Below, piece by piece: positions 30,268 to 41,742 of a DNA stretch of 64,000 nt. The translations under genes and the position numbers were made by a program. Source of the stretch: Epithemia pelagica (lineage: Eukaryota; Protista; Bacillariophyta); the NCBI GenBank assembly GCA_946965045.2, contig OX337231.1, positions 3,348,001-3,412,000 on the forward strand. Reading direction: 5' to 3'. How positions within the stretch are numbered: the stretch's first letter is position 1; each line of letters opens with the position of its first letter. The notes under the pieces are model-generated. The model did not search any database, was not told where the DNA came from, and worked only from the letters and a program-made list of their open reading frames with translations.

Positions 30268-32709
30268 CTAGTAGGTTGTTTCATGTTTTCGAAGAATCAC
30301 CAAAATGGGGTGCTTTCCATCCACCTGAGTGGGAAAGGACTTTCTGGTCCCAGGGGATGGATTGTTGTGATTGTTGTTTTGGCTGTTCTCGTTGTTCGGA
30401 TTGTCGTTGTCCGGGGCATCGTCCTCGTCCTCGTCCCCCGTGTCCTGGTATTGGACCAAGGTCAATTCGTAGGGTTTGGGTCGAGCAAATTCTGCAGCAA
30501 TTCGTGCTCCTCCCAGTTTGACTTCACGGTCCGCTTCCTCTCGATTGACTTTGTGATATTTTCGCATTTCCTTGGGAGGTCGGCCAAAGTGCGGTTCTTG
30601 CAAGGCACTCGACACTTGACATGTTATCAAGGACAAGGAGGGAGGCACCGTTAGGTCCCCGTCCTTTGCGGGGGTGTTGTTGTCCACACGCTGTGGTTGG
30701 GCACCGTACCGGCAAATGAGTTTGTATACATAGTGTTTTTCCTTTTTCTTCTTCTTCTTTGTCTTGTTGGAAGCGGGTTCCTCCTGGGATGGTGCCTCCG
30801 GGGACGGTGATTGGGACCGGTCAATGTTAAAGTACACGCGCGGGCCAATTTGACAAAGAGATGTGACAAAGACACGTCCCACATATTGTTGGTAAAGCGT
30901 GGGATTGCCACAAATTCGTATCATCAAGAGTCGCAATTCGTCAAAGGAAAGCCGCAAGGGTTGCGACTGTGTTGCTTGCAAAGAAGAAGAAGAAGAAGAA
31001 GAAGAAGAAGAAGAAGGAGGAGGAGGACCTGCAGTGTTTGTCGGAAGGTGTGCAGAAACGGCTGGCATGGGAGAAAGAGTGGAGGAGGGTGTCGTCGCCA
31101 TGCTTCTTGCTGTGTTTGGTGTCTCACGTGCCTGGAATGATGTGGATGGATTGTTGCTGGTGGTGACGCTCGTTCGGTGGACAGTACTGGTATTCGGGTG
31201 ATAGGGATTGTTGTTGTTGGTTTGGGATGGCGCCTGGATAGCACTGGATGCATCGGCCTGTGTATTGTGGGAATGGTTGCTGCGACGAGTAGTGGGTGAC
31301 ACGCCCGCCAGTGGCAACGTTGGAGCTGGTGCATTGCTGGCATAGGGGTTGCGACGCGTTTGTTGTCGAACCGTGACGGGGTTGTTGTTGTTGTTGTTGT
31401 TGTTTGGGGGTGGTGGAGTCGTTTGGGTGGATGGGGGCGGATGGGCCGCAGCGTACGGATTGGATGGATGCGGTGGTGCAGACGACACTACGGAGGGCAC
31501 CGCCGTGTGGACTGGAGGAGGGGTGGCGGCGAGGAGCTCGTCAATACTGTCATCGTCGAGTTCAATTACTTCCACTTCCATGGGCTGCGTCCGTCTGCTA
31601 GTAGTAGTCGTGTTGGTGGTGGTTGACGTGGACCCAGTATTGGCAAAGGAATGAGAAGTCGACGAAGCATACGGGTTGCTTGTTGACAAAGAAGGAGGAG
31701 GGGCACGGTGAGTGTTTCTTCCAGCAGTAGATGCACTGGAAGGAAAGGTCAAGTGATTGGTACTGTTGTTGTTGGGAGTAACGGTAGGTGGTGCTAGAGA
31801 TGGTGGTGGTGCCGGTGCGAGATCGCCACTGGCGCCTTCTCCAGTATCTCTCTCCTCCTCGTTTTCCTCGTCGTCTTCTTGCGGCTGATTCCCAATCAAG
31901 GCTCGAATAGTCGGATCAACGCCCACACCCGCCAAGCGCTTGGCTTGTTCGAGAGCTTGTTGTTGCCATTGGACCAGTTCCGGAACATGACCTCCCAAAA
32001 CCATGGCATTGCCGGGATGCAAGAGCAGAACACCGTGGCGAACAGTAATGGGAGCCCCCGTCAAGAGTACCTTGAGGCCCGCAGGACTTTGCAAGGACAA
32101 ATCCGGAAGAGCTCCTACCTCCATGGCCACCAGGACAGTGCTATTCGCGGTGCAAGTTTCGGTAGCATGCCAATCGTCGTTTGGCGGACAATGCGGCAAA
32201 CCTGTCTGTGGATGGTATCCATCGGAAATGGCCAGTTTCAAACACCGTCCAGTGCCCTGCCCAGCTCGTCCGGTTCCTTCCAATCGCGCGGTAGCACTTT
32301 GACTGACATCCAAAAACTCTTCCACTTGAATCAACAATCCATGAGATGCCGTCCAAATCGCTTTGCGTTGTGACGTTTCTTGTTTGGACTGTACAATCGC
32401 CTGACGCAAACTCACCGAGGACAAGGTGTTGGAAGTGTCATGTTGTTGTTGTTGTGGTTGGTCCTCAAAGGTTCGCACGACATCGCGCAAATCATGATGC
32501 AACACTTGCTGCAAACACAAATCGGCCAGGACATTTTCGTTGTGACTACTCGTTTGATGTTGGACTGCCGCAATACAATCCATAAGCCAATGATCCGAGG
32601 GCGTCACACCGGCCTTGGTCTGCAAGGCCCTTCGAATCGCATCGTGTAGGGTACTTCCTCCCAATGGTGGTGAAACCGTTGGTGGTGGAGGGTGAGGTTC
32701 CACCTCCAT
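30268..32709 (-). CDS. RMI1: RecQ-mediated genome instability protein 1 (N-terminal helical + OB-fold domain, long disordered tail)
   Basis: QVLHHDLRD, LIQVEEFLDVSQS, RCLKLAISDG, VAMEV, PAGLKVLL, VRHGVLLLHPGNAMVLGGHVPEL match the RMI1 N-terminal OB-fold pattern; TDRD3-like identity is not excluded. Confidence 0.78.
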   Translation of the reverse strand: MEVEPHPPPPTVSPPLGGSTLHDAIRRALQTKAGVTPSDHWLMDCIAAVQHQTSSHNENVLADLCLQQVLHHDLRDVVRTFEDQPQQQQHDTSNTLSSVSLRQAIVQSKQETSQRKAIWTASHGLLIQVEEFLDVSQSATARLEGTGRAGQGTGRCLKLAISDGYHPQTGLPHCPPNDDWHATETCTANSTVLVAMEVGALPDLSLQSPAGLKVLLTGAPITVRHGVLLLHPGNAMVLGGHVPELVQWQQQALEQAKRLAGVGVDPTIRALIGNQPQEDDEENEEERDTGEGASGDLAPAPPPSLAPPTVTPNNNSTNHLTFPSSASTAGRNTHRAPPPSLSTSNPYASSTSHSFANTGSTSTTTNTTTTSRRTQPMEVEVIELDDDSIDELLAATPPPVHTAVPSVVSSAPPHPSNPYAAAHPPPSTQTTPPPPNNNNNNNNPVTVRQQTRRNPYASNAPAPTLPLAGVSPTTRRSNHSHNTQADASSAIQAPSQTNNNNPYHPNTSTVHRTSVTTSNNPSTSFQARETPNTARSMATTPSSTLSPMPAVSAHLPTNTAGPPPPSSSSSSSSSSSLQATQSQPLRLSFDELRLLMIRICGNPTLYQQYVGRVFVTSLCQIGPRVYFNIDRSQSPSPEAPSQEEPASNKTKKKKKKEKHYVYKLICRYGAQPQRVDNNTPAKDGDLTVPPSLSLITCQVSSALQEPHFGRPPKEMRKYHKVNREEADREVKLGGARIAAEFARPKPYELTLVQYQDTGDEDEDDAPDNDNPNNENSQNNNHNNPSPGTRKSFPTQVDGKHPILVILRKHETTY

Positions 32710-33008
32710 GCTTGCTTCCACGAAGGACTGCACAGTTGTCACATGCAACCCGCACTCTAGATAAACACAAGATCAGGAGGTTCAACACTGTGCATCAATC
32801 ATCAGCAAAGCGCACACAGTTGTTACTGTTGTTTGACTTGCACTTCCAGGGTCACCCACAAATTGTAAGGTTATTGCTTTTGGGAGTGGGGGCGAGATTT
32901 TCTCGTGCCACTTTCCAATGACGATCAAACGATGGGGTTTGTGACTGGACAGTAAGTCATTCAGTAGTGTACCTCAGCAACTAACTATTACTGCTTAGTC
33001 TTGATCCC

Positions 33009-33040
33009 GTTTGTGGCGCGCCCAAAATCAGGCGCGCTTC
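33009..33040. promoter_or_regulatory. Candidate E2F-like GC boxes in the RMI1/ORC1 divergent promoter
   Basis: GTTTGTGGCGCGCCCAAAATCAGGCGCGC: two GGCGCGC cores, T-runs flanking the first on both strands. Motif resemblance only. Confidence 0.3.
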
Positions 33041-33215
33041 ACGCCCGCCATGCCAGAGTCGACCGACCTTCTCACAAAAAACGGCGTGAAACAACGAGTG
33101 GTTCTTCTGATGTCCCTCATGCAAAACTGGATCAACAGTACCATCTTCTTTGGAAGGCTCTGAAAGTTATCAAAAGTTACAGAGAGTCAGTCATCAAAAG
33201 AAGCTGTGAGATAGG

Positions 33216-36200
33216 ATGGCGAAACGCGGTCGCAAGTCCAACTCCTCCGCAGCCAAAAAAGTGGCACCCACCACCAAGCCAACCAAGACCAACACCCATG
33301 CCCACGATTCCGCCCATGAGGACCACAAGGTGGTTGTCATTGATTCCTTGACCGATTGCTTGTACATGGAACGAACGCCACTGGATCCTGTCACCAAAGA
33401 TGCCCTGGAATCTCGCTGTCGCATGGGCGACAAGGAACCCATGCGATACCTTCCACCTCCCACAACCTCCTCGTCGGCTGCCACACCATCGGCTCCCTCC
33501 ATGTACCTCCGCAAGTACTATGGACGAGTACGACTGGAAAGCGGGGGCTACGAACATGTCATTTCGGTGGGCGATATCATCGCCTTTGAATCGCAAACCT
33601 ATGGCATGAAGGAAGCTCCCGTCAGTCAAACCTTGTGGAGCATTGGTCAAGTGGTGACCCTCTTTGACTGCATTGTGCCCTCCACCCAACAAAAAGAATA
33701 TTATGCCACGGTCCAATGGCTCGAAAGTTGGAACAATCAATTGAAAAAGCGGCTCAATCTGGCTGCCTCCAGTATGCGGACCTTGACCAATGCCTTTCGT
33801 CCCAATCAAGCCTTGGTGGAAACACGGCAACTCTTGACCCTGCATTTGGCCACGCATGTATTGCCCATTCATGTCTCTTTGATCGAGTCGGAAACCTTTC
33901 AAGCACGCGACAAGATCAAACCCACACCTCTCTATGAGGACCGCTGTGCCATGGACGTGTGGACCGTCTATTGGTATTGCGCCTTGTGTTGTCGTCAAAT
34001 TCTCTGGAAGCAGGATCCATCTTCCGACCCTCTTGCCCCAGAATCCGTTCAACAAGGACTACCTCCCCATGCTCCCAATCGCAATACCATGTATACCCTC
34101 ACCACCAAGGACGACAATCCACAAAACATTATCTTGTACGATGCCCGCGACGACTGGAAGGCCTACCTGACACCACCAACCACCACCACGCCGCCCCTCG
34201 TGTTGCAACGGGCCTGGGCCTTGTTGCAACATGACCAGTTGGTGGACAAATTGGAACAATACTACTCCCAGCACATGGCCAACTCTTGTAATCCCCAAAC
34301 CAACCACCGGAGGCGCGATCAAGACGTGTACACCTTTCATGGATACCAATCGCAATGGAAACTGATCCCTCCTGTGGAATCCCAAACGGTACCAGTCCTG
34401 CACACAATGAATAAAGAAAACCGTGGCACTGTCCTACAGCGACCCGAAAAGAAACGAAAGGAGGCCACATCCGCTCCTCTTGTGACCACGCAACCACCGG
34501 CCAAAAAAGGCCGCAAGTCCTTGGAGCCTGTCGTCAAAAATGTCTCGTTTGACCTGGGCGGTCCACGAAACCAACCACCGACGACGAGCAAGCCACGCAA
34601 GAAACCCAGCAATATCAAAATTGCACCCTCCCCCAAGAAGCAAAAGACCCGAATTGACAAGGCGATGCGCCTCAACTGGAACAAACTTCCCGTCTTTACA
34701 CCAACCGTGTCGGCAGTCTACGCTCAACGACGCCAACAGGACGATCCAGAGGGGCTGCCACTCCTTTCCTTTTACACAGAGGCAAGCTGCTCACCGGTGC
34801 CCGTCCACCATTACCACCCCCATTGTTGGAACAAGGCTGGACCACCATCGTTTGCTGAGACAAGCAGTTGGACTATTTCGATTGGAGACGTGATTGCGAT
34901 TCGTTTGGTCGATCCCTCGAATGCTAATGGTTCCGACGATAAGTACAAACCAAGCGAATGTTTGCCATTTGTTACCAAATGGGGAGTGGGACAAGTGCTG
35001 AGCTTTTTCTCGTCCTCCGACAAGGAGATTCAAGAAAGCTTTCGCATGGAAATTCGTTGGTTTAATTCCTATGACGAATTGGATCAACTGGTTCGGGAAC
35101 GTGCTCCCAAACATGTTAAGGATGGCTTGTATTTTGTTGAAATGGACGAAGCAGTTTCGATCCTTCCAGTTTACTTGGCGCTTGCACCCATTGTTGTCAC
35201 TTCTTCTCTCCTTCCCAAGTCCTCGGAACGAGTTCCAGATACCCTCACAGAATTGAATCAATCCGCTGTAGGTACATCTGGATCTCCATCGTCCATGCCA
35301 TTTTGGACCATTTCCTGTCGTGACTTGTGCCTTACCGAAATTGACGACACTGAATTGTACAGCCTAGACCACGATGGTTGGCCATCTTTGGAATTCCTAC
35401 AATCCTCAAACAACTCGTGGTCGCTTTCGTCCGATGCGCCCATTCGAAGAGGCCTCCACTGTCCCAAGAGCATGACTTATGATAGCGCGATCCTCAAAAA
35501 CGAATACACAAAATTCCTTCAAACCCGTGTCGCACAACGCATGATTCAAGGATCTGGTATGGACGGTCCCGGTTCGACCCACATGCCCAGTCTGTTCGAA
35601 TGGCAGCCCTGTAGTAACCGTGGGGCACCCTCGAGACGACTTTGGTCCACCGAACAGCTGGACCCTTCAACACCTGTGGTTCACTGTCCGAGCCGTCAGG
35701 ATCGTATCTGCTCAATCGGGAGAAAACATTATTACCTATCCATGCAAATTTCGGTCCTAAAACAAAGATGCGATCCCAGAGCCCTTTCCAAAAAAGTTCT
35801 TCACAATGACGGAAGAAACAGATTGTCGTTTCAGCTCGGAGACGTGGTCTGCTTTGCAGACAATGAGTCCAAATTTCCCCGCGTGAACAGCAGTTCACGA
35901 GCCAATCCATTTTCCCCATTTTCTGGACCATGGTCTGTCTATCAGATCCTTGCGCTGTGGGAGTATGAACAACCGAACAAACCATCAAGGTACCGGTTTG
36001 ATGGGAGACGGCTTTATCGACCCTGTGAGCTACCCAGCAAGGAATGGCGTGATTTCCTTCCACGGTATAAGGTTCGAAAGGGAAAAGGATCCTCCACACC
36101 TCAGTTGTACGCTTCCAACGTTGTGGACGATAGTTTGCCTATCAGTCGAATCCTTGGACTTGTTCATTGGAGCCTGGATACTGCAAGCGTGGACAAGCGT

Positions 36201-39200
36201 GATAAGCCTCAACCCGTTTTGTTGTCTTCGCTGTCTCGACTGACAGTGGCACATCAGTGCCCTTTCTACTACGATGCTGGCCGTAAAAGACTTCAGCCTT
36301 TTGCCGATGGGAATACCGAAGTTTGGAAGCGGCGTTTTGTGGCAAGTGGACTAGCCTTATCGGACATTTGGAGTGACCCGAAGCTTTCCGTCCTGGTTGA
36401 ACCTAAGCTTGGTATTCGTCTTCCAAAAGCAGGGACTGGACTTGATGACGATGCGCTGCCAGAAGACATCACATCATCAGTCTCGGATGGAAAGGTCTTG
36501 GAGCAGATGTGGAGTGATTTTGCCTCCAAGGCAGTTTCGAAGACGACACATCCCGAGAAAGCGTTCCAGAGAGGACAACGGACTTTCTTCTACTTTGTCC
36601 ACGTCACACCGCCTTGGTCCAAGTATCAGATTGATGTGTGCAATAAATTTGAACGAAATAGTTGCAAGTGGAAGATTCGCGTTGGAGATTTTGTTTTAGT
36701 CTCAGATGACTCATCTGGCATCACCACGAATAAGGAATCCTTCCCATTCACGGAGTTCTTCTCCGTGAGCCAGGTTCTATCAATATATACGGATCAAGAT
36801 ACTGAAGTTGAAAATGACTGGTACTTTGAAATTCGGGTGTTAAAATCTCAAGGTCAGAAAGATGGCAAAATTTTCCCCGTTTTGTGCGACGACCAAACAC
36901 AAGACCACGCCAAGTCTATTGAGAGGGTGACAGCCGGGCAACTCCTTGGACCGGCAGCTGTTGCACCTCGACAAAGTTTTAGAGCGGTCTGGGAGTACGT
37001 TATTCCATTCATGCCTGTTTGTCCGTATGTCTACGAGGGTGTTGCTATTGAATCGAGTTCTGGATCCCAATCCCCAGAGAGCTCTGGGGACTACGCGAAC
37101 TCGATGATCTGTTTTATCGAACGGGGTTTATCTCTGTCTATGGAATACAAAGAAAACGAAAAAGAGGAGCTTCTAGCGTGTCTAGAAGCCATGATTTTTC
37201 GTGAGTACCGAGGATCAGAGTCGGACGATCATTGTTCGATTTCCACGTCGTCCAGGGCAGCTTCCTCGAAAAGCTCATCCTCGGAAGAGTCCGTGGCAAA
37301 TTTGGTCGAGAACCCGTTTCACAAAGATCTTTCCGCTGGCCGTGATTACCATAAATCTATTCGCGTGATTCCGTGTTACGAAAACTTCCCTCCCGAGTTC
37401 TCACCGCCATTCAAGGGTGCAAGTTGGCGAGTGTTGATTGGAGACATGGTCATTGTGCAATATAAACACTGTGTTGGTCGCGCAATTTACGGCCCGCCTG
37501 ACTCGAAGAATAACAGCACCTACCCCTTCAAGCGGCCTTGGGCTGTTGCGGAGGTGGTAAACATATTCAAGGTCGGTCCTAATTCGGCAGATGCGTCACC
37601 AGATTCAAAGAAACGTGGAGGCATCTACATTGAAATTCGTTGGTTTTATCGGGTGAAAGAGATCGCACGTCATATCTCGTCTACTGTTTCGGATCTGACT
37701 CTGTGCGAGGAGGTCGTAGAAAGTGACCACTATGATATTGTGTCTGCTTCATCGATTCTTTCCCGCGCTGACATGCACGAGAAGCCTGTTGACGCTACGA
37801 AAGAAAAGAAGAAGTTTTTAGGAATGCCCGTTCTCGATTTCGTTTGTCGGCGATTTTGGTCGGCTCGTCGGACTGGGTTGGTTCCATGTGGGCCACTTTC
37901 AGGCAGGTTTTCTCGAGCAGTTTCAAGATCGGGAGTAGTCCGCAAGGATCCTGTTCTTGCCGACTGGTTGCAAAAGAACATGTTGGGTCGTACTGAAGCA
38001 ACGTCAGCCACGACCGCATCGGTAGAAAGGTCAAAACCCAACGCTTGTGAGGCACAGAGAAAGTCAACCCTAACGTGGAAGGAGAACTTTGCCAACGCAA
38101 TTCGAAAGCTTTCACTTTCTGATGCCTCAAAAGAGGGTTTTGAGGGAGAGTTCTCTCTGATTGGAAGGGAACACGAACGCAAGAAAATCATGTCTTTTCT
38201 CAATGCTTCAGTTCTCGGTGATCGTCGAGATACTTCTGCCTCAATATTTATTGCTGGACCCCCAGGAACTGGAAAGACCGCTAGTGTTTTTGCCTGTGTC
38301 AAAGAAATGCTACGGAATCAGAGCAAGAGAGAAACGTCGAATCTATCGTTCTTTTACCTTAATGGGATGGAAATGCGGACGCCCTTCGAGGCTTATGTTC
38401 ATCTATGGGAACAGATTAGTGGGGTGTCTCAATGTACTCCTGAAGTAGCGGTTGCAAAGTTGGAGGCATATTTCACTCGCGGAGAAGCGTCTCAAAACTC
38501 GTCTTCGGTCACAATCGTCTTGCTGGACGAGATCGATTACCTCGTGACCAAAAACCAGTCCATTCTCTACAATTTCTTTGACTGGCCCATGCGTCCTGGC
38601 AAACATAAACTTGTTCTGCTGGGTATTTCCAACACGCTCAATCTACCCGAATTTCTCCATGCCAGAGTGCAATCTCGTATAGGAGCGCGTCGGTGCATCT
38701 TTAAGGCATACGAAGAGCGTCAAATCATTCCTATTCTGAAATCCAAGTTGGAGCTCGCAGCTCCCGGTGTCAAGTTGTTTGAAGATGATGCAGTGATTTA
38801 TGCCGCTAAAACCACTTCGGTCAAGAGTGGAGATTTGCGACAGGCGTTCCACTTCTGCCGGGCTGCGGCGGAAAAGGTTTTGAACGAGAATACCTCACAG
38901 TCCTATTCCAACGGGCAATCTCCAGTTGTTCGCATCAGCGATGTCCTGAAAGTAAGCCGGGACTCCTTTCATTCAAGTCATATCAGAGCAGTGTCCATGT
39001 GCGCTCCGTTTGAAGCATTGATTTTGGTCGCCATGGTGTTGCTGTCCAGGAGTACGGGAAGATCTGGTTTTGACATTGAGGAAATCGTGGTCAAGATGGA
39101 GAGCATCGCCAACGCCTTTGGTGAAACGCTATACTTGCCCCCTCCGTCGTTGGGAGAAACTTTGGATTTGCTAGCTCGGCTTGGTGAGACTCAGTTGTTG

Positions 39201-39377
39201 CGACTGGAATCCTCCAAAACTTCTAGTGTGTGTTTTCGAGCTTCTCTGGCGGGTAGTGGCGGTCCGTGGCCCTTGGCATCTTTGGTGGTGGAAGATCATG
39301 AAGTTCTCAAGGCCCTGAAAGAGACCCCACACAGGCAACTTGCGCTCAAGTATCTCGGCCGTATGAGCAAATTCTAA
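33216..39377 (+). CDS. ORC1: Origin recognition complex subunit 1-like (multiple BAH-like modules + Cdc6/ORC1 AAA+ + winged helix), 2053 aa
   Basis: LIGREHERKKI, Walker A FIAGPPGTGKT, YLNGMEM, Walker B VLLDEIDYL, ILYNFFDWP, GISNTLNLP, SGDLRQA; BAH-like EIRWF motifs upstream. Confidence 0.85.
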   Translation: MAKRGRKSNSSAAKKVAPTTKPTKTNTHAHDSAHEDHKVVVIDSLTDCLYMERTPLDPVTKDALESRCRMGDKEPMRYLPPPTTSSSAATPSAPSMYLRKYYGRVRLESGGYEHVISVGDIIAFESQTYGMKEAPVSQTLWSIGQVVTLFDCIVPSTQQKEYYATVQWLESWNNQLKKRLNLAASSMRTLTNAFRPNQALVETRQLLTLHLATHVLPIHVSLIESETFQARDKIKPTPLYEDRCAMDVWTVYWYCALCCRQILWKQDPSSDPLAPESVQQGLPPHAPNRNTMYTLTTKDDNPQNIILYDARDDWKAYLTPPTTTTPPLVLQRAWALLQHDQLVDKLEQYYSQHMANSCNPQTNHRRRDQDVYTFHGYQSQWKLIPPVESQTVPVLHTMNKENRGTVLQRPEKKRKEATSAPLVTTQPPAKKGRKSLEPVVKNVSFDLGGPRNQPPTTSKPRKKPSNIKIAPSPKKQKTRIDKAMRLNWNKLPVFTPTVSAVYAQRRQQDDPEGLPLLSFYTEASCSPVPVHHYHPHCWNKAGPPSFAETSSWTISIGDVIAIRLVDPSNANGSDDKYKPSECLPFVTKWGVGQVLSFFSSSDKEIQESFRMEIRWFNSYDELDQLVRERAPKHVKDGLYFVEMDEAVSILPVYLALAPIVVTSSLLPKSSERVPDTLTELNQSAVGTSGSPSSMPFWTISCRDLCLTEIDDTELYSLDHDGWPSLEFLQSSNNSWSLSSDAPIRRGLHCPKSMTYDSAILKNEYTKFLQTRVAQRMIQGSGMDGPGSTHMPSLFEWQPCSNRGAPSRRLWSTEQLDPSTPVVHCPSRQDRICSIGRKHYYLSMQISVLKQRCDPRALSKKVLHNDGRNRLSFQLGDVVCFADNESKFPRVNSSSRANPFSPFSGPWSVYQILALWEYEQPNKPSRYRFDGRRLYRPCELPSKEWRDFLPRYKVRKGKGSSTPQLYASNVVDDSLPISRILGLVHWSLDTASVDKRDKPQPVLLSSLSRLTVAHQCPFYYDAGRKRLQPFADGNTEVWKRRFVASGLALSDIWSDPKLSVLVEPKLGIRLPKAGTGLDDDALPEDITSSVSDGKVLEQMWSDFASKAVSKTTHPEKAFQRGQRTFFYFVHVTPPWSKYQIDVCNKFERNSCKWKIRVGDFVLVSDDSSGITTNKESFPFTEFFSVSQVLSIYTDQDTEVENDWYFEIRVLKSQGQKDGKIFPVLCDDQTQDHAKSIERVTAGQLLGPAAVAPRQSFRAVWEYVIPFMPVCPYVYEGVAIESSSGSQSPESSGDYANSMICFIERGLSLSMEYKENEKEELLACLEAMIFREYRGSESDDHCSISTSSRAASSKSSSSEESVANLVENPFHKDLSAGRDYHKSIRVIPCYENFPPEFSPPFKGASWRVLIGDMVIVQYKHCVGRAIYGPPDSKNNSTYPFKRPWAVAEVVNIFKVGPNSADASPDSKKRGGIYIEIRWFYRVKEIARHISSTVSDLTLCEEVVESDHYDIVSASSILSRADMHEKPVDATKEKKKFLGMPVLDFVCRRFWSARRTGLVPCGPLSGRFSRAVSRSGVVRKDPVLADWLQKNMLGRTEATSATTASVERSKPNACEAQRKSTLTWKENFANAIRKLSLSDASKEGFEGEFSLIGREHERKKIMSFLNASVLGDRRDTSASIFIAGPPGTGKTASVFACVKEMLRNQSKRETSNLSFFYLNGMEMRTPFEAYVHLWEQISGVSQCTPEVAVAKLEAYFTRGEASQNSSSVTIVLLDEIDYLVTKNQSILYNFFDWPMRPGKHKLVLLGISNTLNLPEFLHARVQSRIGARRCIFKAYEERQIIPILKSKLELAAPGVKLFEDDAVIYAAKTTSVKSGDLRQAFHFCRAAAEKVLNENTSQSYSNGQSPVVRISDVLKVSRDSFHSSHIRAVSMCAPFEALILVAMVLLSRSTGRSGFDIEEIVVKMESIANAFGETLYLPPPSLGETLDLLARLGETQLLRLESSKTSSVCFRASLAGSGGPWPLASLVVEDHEVLKALKETPHRQLALKYLGRMSKF

Positions 39378-39657
39378 GTCTTAGTATATAAGACCCTAAA
39401 TGTTGAACGGCCACCTTACGACAGGATTTGCCATCGTGTCACTTGGCACTTCGCCTCTGCCTTTCGGACCCCACTCGCTATTTCCGACAAGCGTCATGAG
39501 AGTGTAATGTACATTAGTTGCTGCTCCGCAACGGTTGTTGCTACAGGGCCGAATGGTTTCACGAACTGAACTCTTACAAGGTCCTAATCTGGCAAATGAT
39601 GATAGAAAATATTAACGGCTCTAGAAATACAGTATTATGTATATTTACAAACATGCA

Positions 39658-41191
39658 CTAATTGTTTTCGTCGCTTTCGGTATACGAGGTGCCTCCACCA
39701 CAGGCACAGCACGATTGTGTGGCCGACACACCCGTGTGCACGTCCTTTGCCTGACATTCTTGCGAGGTGGCATCTTCGTACTCTCCACAATGGTATCCTT
39801 CGTCGTCCAAAAAGTCTTGATCAATGCACAACAAGCCTTGCTTTTGGCGGAACCAACAGGGATCCCCTCGTCTCATAAAGTGGAGCAAATCTCGACTCTT
39901 GAGTCCTTCCAACCAATCGGGAGAGGTTTGCAAATGACACATGCACGGCAAGGCGGGTTCCAATTGTAGTTTGGAGGTGGGATCGAGGGCTAGATTTTTG
40001 AGAGCACCCGTCGCAGCCCACGCAATCAAATGAGGATTGGTCTCGTCGCGACCAAGGACATCATTTTCGCCGGGAAAGACATTGTTGTCACTGGCTTGTC
40101 CATGGACCGGACCCGTACATGCCATTTGCACGAGGGTTTCCACCAACCCCGAGTCCTCCAAGGACGACAAAATTTGTTGACGCGCCAGACTTCCATCCGA
40201 AACCATGGGGGCACTGGAGGGATCCAAAACGACATGAGTATCGGTAGGATTCCACTTCCAGTAACACCGCCCATCGTCCTCGGTAGCACAATAAGAAGCG
40301 GCCACATTTTGCAGGGCGGCGGCCGCCCACATGATCTGAGCAGATGCTGCCAAACAGGAGAGGAACAGACCAACAATTGTGAGAAAATTTGGTTGCAAAA
40401 AGAATACACACTGAAATTGTACAGGCGACGAAGCTGGACGTACTTGAATCTTTATTCAAAATGACATTGGCCAACGCTTGAACCACATTGTGTTCCAGAA
40501 AGGTTTGATGATTGACCTTGTTGGAAAAGGAAGAAATGTAAATCAAATGACAGGCCAACGAGGAGACTCGGGCATTGGAGGATGTCACCAATGCAATGAC
40601 GGCGGTATGGATATCTTTAACGGTACTGAATCGTTGTCGTTGTTCGGGCGAATCGGTAATGCAAAAGGTCAAAAATTCCATGGCCAAGGACCGTGCTCGA
40701 ACGGAGGCGTCGGATTGTGTCACGACCGTGGCAGCTTGAATTAATTGGTCGCAACCATGAAACTCTCGTCGCTTGACTGTTAGTTTTTGGGCGTCCCATC
40801 GAAACAATCGATTGTCATTCCCCTTGATATTCTCCAGCAGTTGCTGCAATTCCTCCTCACTCAAGAGGGACCGTGTCACTGTGTTGCTCTTGTTCTTTGG
40901 ATTGTTGTTGTTTTTGTTGGATGTCGTGGCACGAGTCCTGGTCTTGGCCTGCAGTGCCGAAAGATGTTGCTTGTTGTCTGGATTGTCGACGTACGATTGC
41001 TTGGTGGTATGAAGGAGAAGGGCATTGTTGCGGCTCGGATTGGTTCCTGTTTCTTCATGGTTCCGAGGCGGAATCAAGACCAACAGTAGCACCACTGTCA
41101 ACACCACTGTCGCAAACGCAATCAGGCGTCTCGGAGATCGAACGCTGCCGCCAACGAGGGAGTTGACGCATTGTGTGGTAGTGTGATCCAT
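39658..41191 (-). CDS. Type II membrane/secreted protein with ARM-like repeats and C-terminal Cys-rich motif, two exons
   Basis: Exon 1 41191-40444, GT-AG intron 40443-40347 (97 bp), exon 2 40346-39658, which joins two track ORFs in frame (KDST-SAQIMWAAAALQN); TM LIAFATVVLTVVLLLVLIPP. Confidence 0.8.
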
Positions 41192-41742
41192 CCTGAGGTT
41201 CTTTTTCTTGTTCGAATAGTGGGTTCGTGAAAAAGGATTCATATTCGTCTTTGACCAAACGTATGTGGACCGAAAAGTTCTTTGATCCATTCACAGTTGC
41301 GTGTCACACAACCAACTAAAAGAGATGAACACTTTCGTTGCAAAAAGGAGACGAAGATACACACCAGCAAAACGCACGGTCAAGATGGATGGATCGCCGC
41401 CAATGGTCCAAGCATTGGTGACCTGCGGAATATCAGGTTCCAACCGACACGGACTCACACGAATCAAACGAAATAAATAATGAGAGCCAACTCCGATGAG
41501 AAAAGGGACTCCCCACGCGTTCCATGCTGGCGCGCGCGACCGACACACCCACGTCGCATGCCAGCCACATGCAGATGATGATGACGTCATGAGTCAAGGA
41601 CACGATGCCACCATTTGGATCCCGATTCCATCCAAAAATAGAGGCATTATTTTTCCTTTGTTACATCTGTTCATGCAAGTCTGAAACTGTTCGTGGTCAA
41701 CGGATTGAATCGGCAATAACTATACCACTTCACACCACCACC

